The notes beneath the pieces are model-generated. The model did no database searches, had not been told where the DNA came from, and saw only the letters and a program-made list of their open reading frames with translations. A stretch of DNA of 64,000 nt, taken from NCBI GenBank assembly GCA_036262515.1, contig DATAIT010000082.1, positions 654 to 64,653 on the forward strand, given 5' to 3'. Source of the DNA: Acidimicrobiales bacterium (GTDB lineage Bacteria > Actinomycetota > Acidimicrobiia > Acidimicrobiales > GCA-2861595). The position numbers and the translations under genes were made by a program. Positions 28,716 through 40,302 of this stretch are shown here, one piece after another (position 1 is the stretch's first letter; each line of letters opens with the position of its first letter).

Positions 28716-30247
28716 TCGGGATCCGGGACGGGCTGGGGCGGCGGAATCCCGACGTAGCGAGCGCTCGGGCGCACGATGCGGTTGTCGGCCGCCTGCTCCA
28801 GCATGTTGGCGCACCACCCGATCACCCGGCTGGAGGCGAAGGTGGGCGTGAACAGCTCGCGCGACAGGCCGCAGCGGTCCATCACCACGCCCGCGTAGAA
28901 CTCCACGTTGGCGTACAGGTGCCGGCCCGGCTTCAGCTCCGCCAGGACGTCGACCACCGTCTTTTCGACCTGGGTGGCGAACTCGGCCTTGTCGCCCCCC
29001 AGCCGTTGGGCAACGCCGCGCAGCAGGAGCGAGCGCGGATCGTCGGTCTTGTAGACACGGTGCCCGAAGCCCATGATCCGCTCGCCCTTCTCCACCGCGC
29101 TGCGGATCCACGCCTCGGTCCTGTCGGGTGTGCCGATGGCGTCGAGCATGTCGAGGGCCCGGCTCGGAGCTCCGCCGTGCAGCGGGCCGGACAGGCTGCC
29201 GAGGGCAGCGACCACGGCCGAACCGAAGTCGGCTCCGGTGGAGGTGACGACGCGGGCCGTGAACGTCGACGCGTTGAACCCGTGGTCGATGGTGGAGATC
29301 TGGTACTGCTCGACGGCCCGGGCGTGGTCCGGCTCGGGCACCTCGCCGGTGAGCAGGTAGAGGTAGTTGGCCGAGTAGCCGAGGTCGTCCCTCGGCTCCA
29401 GCGGCTCGAGACCGTTGCGCAGCCGGTGCAGGGCCATGATGAGCGTGGGCGTGACGGCGCAGAGCCGCAGCGCGTCGGTGCGGCGGGTGTCGGCGCCGAC
29501 GTCCAGGCTCGGGCGGAGGTCGAGCGACTGGGCCACGGCCGACATGGCCGAGCGCAGCGCGTCGAGCGGTCCGGGGGAGGCACCCGCCCTGGCGATGGTG
29601 GGCAGGAGCGGGTTCACCTCCTCGGGGATGGCTGCCATGGGCCGGACCTCGTCGACGAACGCCTTGCGCTCGCCGGCGTCGGGCAGCTCGCCGTTGAACA
29701 GCAGGAACCACACGTCTTCCAGGGACCGCTTCTCGGCCAGCTCGACGGCGTTGTAGTGGCGGTAGTGGTAGAAGCCCTCCTGGCCCCGCACGTCGCCCAC
29801 GGTGGTCTCGGCCACCACCACGCCTTCGAGGCCCTTGGGAGCGTCGACCAGGCTGGGATGGGCCATGGGCGTGATCTGGGCGATGCCCACCAGGTCGCGC
29901 ATACTGAGTACGCCGACCAGCTCACCACCCTCGACCACCGGAATGTGGCGGTAGCCCCGCTCGGCCAGGGTGTTCCAGGCGTCGGCCACCTCGACATCGG
30001 GGGTGATGGTGTCCGGGTCGGCGGTCATCCAGTCGCCGACCCTGGCGCTGCCGTCGGCCGCTCCCTCGGCGGCCAGGCGGACGAGGTCGCGCTCGGTGAG
30101 GATGCCCACCGGGACCCCACCGTCGATCACCACGACGGAACCGATCTCGTGCTCATGCATGTGGGCCGCTGCAGTCGACACCAGTTCGGTGGTATCCGCC
30201 GTCACCACCGGGCTGCTCATGATGTCGGCGACCGCACGAGTTGCCAA
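28712..30247 (-). CDS. citrate synthase-family enzyme with N-terminal CBS-domain pair
   Basis: TTG 30247 is preceded by GGAGG with 5-nt spacing. ATG 30220 is an alternative. CBS features are VADIMSSPVVTA, ERDLV and MRDLV. Citrate-synthase motifs follow: GFYHYRHY, GPLHGGA, GFGHRVYKTDDPR. Confidence 0.85.
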   Translation of the reverse strand: MATRAVADIMSSPVVTADTTELVSTAAAHMHEHEIGSVVVIDGGVPVGILTERDLVRLAAEGAADGSARVGDWMTADPDTITPDVEVADAWNTLAERGYRHIPVVEGGELVGVLSMRDLVGIAQITPMAHPSLVDAPKGLEGVVVAETTVGDVRGQEGFYHYRHYNAVELAEKRSLEDVWFLLFNGELPDAGERKAFVDEVRPMAAIPEEVNPLLPTIARAGASPGPLDALRSAMSAVAQSLDLRPSLDVGADTRRTDALRLCAVTPTLIMALHRLRNGLEPLEPRDDLGYSANYLYLLTGEVPEPDHARAVEQYQISTIDHGFNASTFTARVVTSTGADFGSAVVAALGSLSGPLHGGAPSRALDMLDAIGTPDRTEAWIRSAVEKGERIMGFGHRVYKTDDPRSLLLRGVAQRLGGDKAEFATQVEKTVVDVLAELKPGRHLYANVEFYAGVVMDRCGLSRELFTPTFASSRVIGWCANMLEQAADNRIVRPSARYVGIPPPQPVPDPE

Positions 30248-30301
30248 AGTCGCCTCCGGACGGTGTATCGGGTTCGGGCCCGGCTGGAGTGTACTGGGGG
30301 C

Positions 30302-31102
30302 ATGCGGATGAGCGGCCTGAACGTCATCGTCACCGGCGCGTCGTCCGGGATCGGGCTGGAGACCGCTCGCCTCCTCGCCGCCAGAGGCGCCCACGTGACG
30401 GCGGTGGCCCGCAGCCTCGGTCCGCTCGAGGACCTGGCGGCCGGGTCGCCGAGGATCATCCCTTTGGCTGCGGATCTCACGGTGGAGTCGGACCGGGCCG
30501 CCCTCGTCGCGCGGGCCGGCGCGGTGGACGTGCTGGTGAACAATGCCGGCATCGGCTGGCTGGGCACGGTCGTCGACATGCCGGCCGAGCAGGTGCAGAA
30601 GCTGTTCGCCATCAACGTGCTGGCCCTGATCGACCTCACCCAGCGGGTCCTGCCCGGGATGCTCGCCCGTCGTCGCGGCCACGTCGTGAACGTGGCGTCG
30701 GTGGCGTCGTGGGTATCGGTCCCGCCCCTCACCGTGTACTCGGCCACCAAGTTCGCCGTGCAGGGGTTCAGCGACGGGCTGCGCCGCGAGCTGGCGGGCA
30801 CAGGGGTGCACCTCACCACGGTGAACCCGGGACCAGTGGCCACCCGCTTCGGTGCCCGAGCCCGCTTCGAGGACCCCCGCACGGAGCACATGGAGGACTC
30901 CACGATGCCCGGCGTGCCGGCGTCGCTGGCCGCGTCGGCCGTGGCGCGCGCCGTGCGAATGGGCGGGCTGCCGGGCTACACCAGCATTGCCGTCCCCCGG
31001 ATGCTCGGCTTCACCCGCCTCGGTGCCCTTCCCGGGCTGCGCCTCGCGTCCGACGCCTTCGCCGTGGTCTTCCGGGGCGTCCGCGCCGAATCCTTCGAGT
31101 AG
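30302..31102 (+). CDS. SDR-family oxidoreductase
   Basis: Contains the TGASSGIG cofactor motif, NNAG, and the catalytic YSATKFAV. Confidence 0.85.
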   Translation: MRMSGLNVIVTGASSGIGLETARLLAARGAHVTAVARSLGPLEDLAAGSPRIIPLAADLTVESDRAALVARAGAVDVLVNNAGIGWLGTVVDMPAEQVQKLFAINVLALIDLTQRVLPGMLARRRGHVVNVASVASWVSVPPLTVYSATKFAVQGFSDGLRRELAGTGVHLTTVNPGPVATRFGARARFEDPRTEHMEDSTMPGVPASLAASAVARAVRMGGLPGYTSIAVPRMLGFTRLGALPGLRLASDAFAVVFRGVRAESFE

Positions 31103-31123
31103 CGGCCGTCGGGAGCCGACGCT

Positions 31124-31933
31124 CTATCTCATGGCGGGAGGGGGCTGGCAGGTCGGGCACCACCACACGTCTCGGGGACCGTCGCCGGTGACGGCGGTGC
31201 GGATGGCGGCGCGGCAGCGGAAGCAGGGGCGGCCGGTGCGGCCGTACACGAGTGGGCCCGATGGTCCGCCGGCGGGGCCGAACCGGCGGTCGTACCCGGG
31301 GGCCGGGCGCAGGTTCGCCCGCATGAGCGCGGCGGCCTGCTCGATGAGGGCGGTGAGGGCGGCGTCGTCGAGCGCAGCTGCCGATGTCTCGGGGTGGATG
31401 CGGGTGAGGAACAGGGTCTCGCACCGGTAGATGTTGCCGATGCCGGACAGGATCCGCTGGTCCAGCAGCACGTCGCCGACGGCACGCTGGGGCGGCTGCC
31501 GCCGGACACGACGGAGCACCTCTTCCATGTCGAAGGGATGGTCGAGGATGTCGGGCCCGAGACCGGACAGCGAGGGGTGGCGCTCCTCCTCCCCTTGCGC
31601 GAGCAGTTCGACGACGGGCGCGTTGAAGCAGACCGCCACCCGGTCTCCCGCCTCCAGCACGACCCGTGCCTGCCACGCCGGCTTCCGCCACCGATCGCCG
31701 GCCGAGTAGAGGTGCCAGGACCCGGTCATGCGCATGTGGGTGTGCAGCACGTCGCCGCCGGAGAAGCGGATGAGCAGGTGCTTGGCCCGCGCCTCGACGC
31801 TCTCCACCGTCCGCCCCACCAGCCGGTCCGCCGGCACCTTCAGCCGCTGCGAGCGCGCCGCCGTGATCGTCCGGCCCTCCAGCCACTTCCCGAGGGACCT
31901 GGCCGCACGGAAGATGGTGTCGCCTTCAGGCAT
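31124..31933 (-). CDS. nei: Fpg/Nei-family DNA glycosylase (endonuclease VIII-like)
   Basis: The start was moved to MPEGDTI (catalytic Pro2/Glu3). It has the H2TH motif ILSGIGNIYRCETLF and a C-terminal zinc finger CFRC...CPTC. It lies downstream of lhr, as in the mycobacterial lhr-nei arrangement. Confidence 0.85.
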   Translation of the reverse strand: MPEGDTIFRAARSLGKWLEGRTITAARSQRLKVPADRLVGRTVESVEARAKHLLIRFSGGDVLHTHMRMTGSWHLYSAGDRWRKPAWQARVVLEAGDRVAVCFNAPVVELLAQGEEERHPSLSGLGPDILDHPFDMEEVLRRVRRQPPQRAVGDVLLDQRILSGIGNIYRCETLFLTRIHPETSAAALDDAALTALIEQAAALMRANLRPAPGYDRRFGPAGGPSGPLVYGRTGRPCFRCRAAIRTAVTGDGPRDVWWCPTCQPPPAMR

Positions 31934-31953
31934 CGACGTCTTCGCCACGTTTC

Positions 31954-31990
31954 GAGGAAATGGCTCGCCATTCTGGCGAGCTATCTCCTC
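31954..31990. repeat. palindromic element copy B (hairpin) between the lhr stop and the nei start
   Basis: gagga-aa-tggctcgcca-ttc-tggcgagcta-tc-tcctc. The core is 24/25 identical to the reverse complement of copy A. Confidence 0.7.
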
Positions 31991-31998
31991 GAGACAGG

Positions 31999-36393
<4,395 letters not shown>

Positions 36394-36449
36394 TGCCTCT
36401 CAAGAATATGACAGCCGTGTAAGTTGCGCCCCGTCGCCCTGTGGCCGGC

Positions 36450-38180
36450 TCAGCTCCAGTGGCCGACCAGGTTCCTGTAGACGACGGAGTCCGAGAGCAG
36501 CTCGTCGTGGGCGCCCACCGCGGGCACGGCCCCGTCGAGCACCAGGACACGACCGGCGCGCAGCGCCGAGCTGATCCGGTGGGCGATCACGATGAGCGTG
36601 CCGGGACGGCTGGCGAAGGCGCGCTCGACGAGCGCTTCGGCCGCCGGGTCCAGATGGCTGGTCGCCTCGTCGAGGACGACCACGGGCGCGGGCGAGAGGT
36701 AGGAGCGGACGAGGGTGAGCAACTGGCGCTCGCCGCTCGACAGCGACTGCGGCGACAGCGCTGCGCGATGGCCGCCGAGACGCTCCACCAGCGGCCGGGC
36801 GCCGAGCAGGTCGACGACCTCGTCGACCTCGGCCATCGGGACGTCGTCGCGGAGGTACGTGAGGTTCTCCAGCACGGTCCCGGCGAAGACGTACGCCTCC
36901 TGGGGGATGAGCACGCGCAGCGGCGGCAAGCCGGCGGCGGCGACCCGGCTGGCATCCACGCCGCCGATCAGGACGTCGCCGCCGTCGGGCGCCAGGAGGC
37001 CGGCGATCAGGCCCGCCAGCGTCGACTTCCCGACGCCGCTCGGCCCGACGATGGCGAGGTGGTCTCCTTCGGGCACGACCAGGTCGAGGTGGGTGATCAC
37101 GGGTTCCGGTGATGTGCCGTACCGGAAGGTCACGTCGTCCAGGCGGATCTCGTACCCGGCGGGCTGCAGCTCCCGGGCCGCGTGCGTCGGGGACGGGCCC
37201 TCGGCGGCGCACCCGCCGGTGGCCTCGACCACCCGATCGAGGGTCACGAACAACCACAGGCCGCTGCCGCCCAGCTCCCGGACGAGCGTCTGCAGGGCGG
37301 GGTGCACCCCGTACACGACGTACGTCAGGGCGCCGAGCAGCTCCCCGGTCGAAGCGCCGTTGCGAACCAGCCAGCGCCCACCGACCAGGAGCAGGACCAC
37401 GGGGAGCCAGCCGCCGATGGCGACCGCGCACGTGCGCACGGCGGTGAGCCGGGCCAGCGCCCGCGTGGCTGAGGCGTGGGCCTCGATGTGGGTGTCGACG
37501 CCGCCGAACACCGTCTGCTCGCCGCCACAGGCCACGATGTCTCGCAGGCCCTCGGCCATGACCGACGAGGCGTCGGACAGCGCCTCCTCGGCGAGGATGC
37601 TGGCGCGCTGGCGGGCGGCAAGGGGGCCGAGGGCGGCGGCGAACACGAGAAGACCGACGACCAGCGGCGGGACGACCAGCACCGATGCCGCCGGCAGCAG
37701 CCCGACCAGCCCCACGAGGGCGCTGATGGCGGTGACCACGAAGCCTTGCGCGGTCATGAGCACGCCGGCGTAGGCCTCGCGCAGGATCTCCACGTGGTGC
37801 GTCACGCGAGCCACGCCGCCGCCGTTCGCACCGATGCGTCCGGGCGAGGTGGCGTCGCGTAGCGCGCCGGTCACCACCAGCTCCACCAGCTCGTCGCGGA
37901 ATGGCTCGACCAGGGCGGCCAGGCGAAGGTAGGTCTGCCGGGCGCCCCAGGCGCCGGCGACGACGGCCAGGGCGAGCACCCCGAGCCAGGCGAACCCGGT
38001 GGCGGAGCGGTGGGCGAGGAAGCCATGGTCCAGGGCCCGGGCCAGCAGCCGTCCTGACAGGAACGCCGGGAGCGCCTCGACCAGGGACCACCCGGCCAGC
38101 CCGGCCAACTGGCGACGCCTTCCCCGCAGCGACCTGGCCAGCAGGCGATACCCGGCTCGCCGCCGCTCGCGCCGGGTCAC
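36450..38180 (-). CDS. ABC exporter half-transporter (TMD-NBD), canonical ATPase site; RamB/LabT2-like position
   Basis: The GTG start overlaps the upstream stop (GTGA). Walker A is GPSGVGKSTL, the signature is LSSGERQ, and Walker B is VVVLDEATSHLD. Confidence 0.85.
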   Translation of the reverse strand: MTRRERRRAGYRLLARSLRGRRRQLAGLAGWSLVEALPAFLSGRLLARALDHGFLAHRSATGFAWLGVLALAVVAGAWGARQTYLRLAALVEPFRDELVELVVTGALRDATSPGRIGANGGGVARVTHHVEILREAYAGVLMTAQGFVVTAISALVGLVGLLPAASVLVVPPLVVGLLVFAAALGPLAARQRASILAEEALSDASSVMAEGLRDIVACGGEQTVFGGVDTHIEAHASATRALARLTAVRTCAVAIGGWLPVVLLLVGGRWLVRNGASTGELLGALTYVVYGVHPALQTLVRELGGSGLWLFVTLDRVVEATGGCAAEGPSPTHAARELQPAGYEIRLDDVTFRYGTSPEPVITHLDLVVPEGDHLAIVGPSGVGKSTLAGLIAGLLAPDGGDVLIGGVDASRVAAAGLPPLRVLIPQEAYVFAGTVLENLTYLRDDVPMAEVDEVVDLLGARPLVERLGGHRAALSPQSLSSGERQLLTLVRSYLSPAPVVVLDEATSHLDPAAEALVERAFASRPGTLIVIAHRISSALRAGRVLVLDGAVPAVGAHDELLSDSVVYRNLVGHWS

Positions 38181-40042
38181 GCCGCTCCCTGCCTCGCGTC
38201 GACCGGCTCCGCGACCGGCGGCGGGTGGTCGACGTCGATCGGCACCTCGTCCACGGCGTCGCCCACGGTGTGCATGTCATCCGCCGGAGTCGACGGTGCG
38301 TCCGCTCCGTCGAGCGTCTCGGCGGCGGCCGGCCCAGGGGCACCGAAGACGGCGCGGTATTCGGCGTGCGGCCACAGCAGCGAGTGCGGGCCCACGGAAC
38401 GGACCCGACCTCGCTCCAGCCACACGACCAGGTCGGCGCGGGCGGCGGTGGAGGCCCGCTGGGCGACCACGAGGCGGGTGCGGTTGCCCAGCCGGCCGGT
38501 GAGCACGCGACCGATCTGGTGTTCCGTCACGGTGTCGAGGCTGGCGGCGACGTCGTCCAGCACCACCAGCCGGCCGGCGTGGGCGAAGGTCCTGGCCAGC
38601 CCGAGCCGCTGCGCCTCGCCCCCGGAGAGCGGCGTGTCCTCCATCGGCGTCTCGTACCCGGCCGGGAGGTGGCGGACGAAGTCGTCGGCACGGGCTGCAC
38701 ACGACGCGGCGACGAGCTCTTCGCGCGCCGGCGCCGTGTGACCGAAGGCGATGGCGTCGGCCACGGTGGCGCCGGTCAGCACGGGGCGCTCGAAGCCGTA
38801 GGTGACGCAGCGACGCAGGGCGTCGTGGGACAGGGAGCCAAGGGCCACGCCGTCGAGCAGGACCTCGCCCTCGTCGGGGTCGGCCAGCCGGCCGGCCAGG
38901 GCGGCGAGAAGCGACTTGCCGGAGCCCGACCGCCCGACCAGGGCGACGAGGGCGCCGGCCGGCACGTCGAGGGACACGTCGTCGAGGACGGGCCGGCCGT
39001 CCCGACGCACCGTCACGCCGCGGAACTCGAGCCTGCCCCCGCCGGCTGCCGTCGCCGTCCCGTACACGGGCGGAGGCGCCTGGAGCACGTCGGCGACGCG
39101 TGCCGCGCCGGCCCGTGCCCGGGCCAGGCGGTTGGCGACAGTGGCGATCGATCCGAGCCCCGACGCCAGCTGGACGTACTGCCCGGCGGCGAGGAGCTGG
39201 CCCGGCGTGAGGTGCCCCGATGCCAGCCGGAAGCCGGCGACAGCCAGCACCACGACCTCCAGCAGGGGGAGGAGGAGCGCGTCCTGGGCGGCGAGGCGGA
39301 CCTGCGCCCGCCACATGCCCATGCCGAAACGCCGCAGCTCCGGCAGCGGCGCGAGCACCCTGCGCACCTCCCGGTCCGCGGTACCCGCAGCGGCGATGGT
39401 GCGGGCCCCGGAGAAGGCGTCCACCAGACGCCCGGCGATTCCGGCCTGGACCTCCAGGTAGCCGGCGGCCATGGCGGAGGCGTCGCGCATGAACGTCCGC
39501 AGCAGCAGGAGCAGCAGCGGGAGGCCGGCGAGGAAGGCGACGCACAGCCACGGGTCGATGAGGGCGAGCGCCACCACCCCGCCCACCGACGGCACCAGCG
39601 TCGTCGCCATGCCCACGACGTCGGGCACGACCCGTCCGGCCGCCGCCGCGTTTCCCACCATCCGGCTGCTGAGATCGCCGGCGTTCACCCGGCCCGCCCG
39701 GGTGCCGAGGGCGAGCACGTGGACGAGCAGGGAGCGCCGCAGCCAGGAAGTGGAACACGCCGTGGCGGTTCCGGTCACGACGTCATCGATCACGTCGGCC
39801 GCGGCGAGCACGGCCACGATGACACCGCACCACGCCAGCCATGACGTGGAGGTGCCCAGGACCACCGAGTCCACCGCTCGCCCGAGCACGGCCGGCAACG
39901 CCGTCTGGGCTGCTGCCATGGCCAGGCCCGTGAACGCCAGCACTCCGAGGGCGGCCCGGCCCTGCCCCGACGCCCGCGCCAGCAGACGGTCGGCGGCCCG
40001 GGCATCGGGTCGCGAGACGTCCTGCGTGCGCTCGTCGTTCAC
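38177..40042 (-). CDS. ABC exporter half-transporter (TMD-NBD), degenerate Walker B; RamA/LabT1-like position
   Basis: Walker A is GRSGSGKSLL, the signature is LSGGEAQ, and Walker B is LVVLDDVAASLD (Asp in place of the catalytic Glu). The start is uncertain. GTG 40042 is preferred because the codons between 40043 and the TTG at 40141 include rare GTA/GGA/ACA and overlap a stem-loop. Confidence 0.8.
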   Translation of the reverse strand: MNDERTQDVSRPDARAADRLLARASGQGRAALGVLAFTGLAMAAAQTALPAVLGRAVDSVVLGTSTSWLAWCGVIVAVLAAADVIDDVVTGTATACSTSWLRRSLLVHVLALGTRAGRVNAGDLSSRMVGNAAAAGRVVPDVVGMATTLVPSVGGVVALALIDPWLCVAFLAGLPLLLLLLRTFMRDASAMAAGYLEVQAGIAGRLVDAFSGARTIAAAGTADREVRRVLAPLPELRRFGMGMWRAQVRLAAQDALLLPLLEVVVLAVAGFRLASGHLTPGQLLAAGQYVQLASGLGSIATVANRLARARAGAARVADVLQAPPPVYGTATAAGGGRLEFRGVTVRRDGRPVLDDVSLDVPAGALVALVGRSGSGKSLLAALAGRLADPDEGEVLLDGVALGSLSHDALRRCVTYGFERPVLTGATVADAIAFGHTAPAREELVAASCAARADDFVRHLPAGYETPMEDTPLSGGEAQRLGLARTFAHAGRLVVLDDVAASLDTVTEHQIGRVLTGRLGNRTRLVVAQRASTAARADLVVWLERGRVRSVGPHSLLWPHAEYRAVFGAPGPAAAETLDGADAPSTPADDMHTVGDAVDEVPIDVDHPPPVAEPVDARQGAA

Positions 40043-40119
40043 TGTTCCTACTTCGTCATCCGTGCGTCCCGGATGCTCGATCACGGCGACCGTGACGAGC
40101 GGGAATGGTTCGATGTGCT

Positions 40120-40168
40120 GCGCCGCGGGGCAGCCGCCCAATCACCCGAGCGGTTGCCCCGTGGCGCC
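40120..40168 (-). promoter_or_regulatory. intercistronic stem-loop downstream of the precursor gene
   Basis: The minus-strand RNA GGCGCCACGGGG ... CCCCGCGGCGC forms 10 bp with 1 mismatch. The loop is 26 nt and contains an inner CCGC/GCGG pair. It begins 15 nt after the precursor stop. Confidence 0.3.
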
Positions 40169-40182
40169 ATGCACGTCTGTTG

Positions 40183-40299
40183 TTAGCAGAGGAGAAGGCT
40201 CAGGCCGCTCCGGCCGCAACCCTTGCTGGCGCCGCTATTCCTCTTGCCGTTGCTGGCAGAAGGCTTTTCCTCCAGACCCTGCAGGTCGAGAAGTGCCAT
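40183..40299 (-). CDS. class III lanthipeptide precursor peptide (RamS/AmfS-like), 38 aa: MALLDLQGLEEKPSASNGKRNSGASKGCGRSGLSLLLC
   Basis: Manual translation. The ATG lies 3 nt after the LanKC stop and is preceded by AAAGGAGGTG. It carries the LLDLQ leader motif and two ring motifs, S-G-A-S-K-G-C and S-G-L-S-L-L-L-C. It is not in the ORF track because it is shorter than 60 aa. Confidence 0.8.
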   Translation of the reverse strand: MALLDLQGLEEKPSASNGKRNSGASKGCGRSGLSLLLC

Positions 40300-40302
40300 G
40301 TG

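Noticed and set aside
40043-40141. TTG 40141 as the start of the first ABC transporter.
   Set aside because: The start codon is buried in a predicted stem-loop. The first 33 codons include several rare codons, and the first TM helix begins well downstream. The TTG start is kept as an alternative only.
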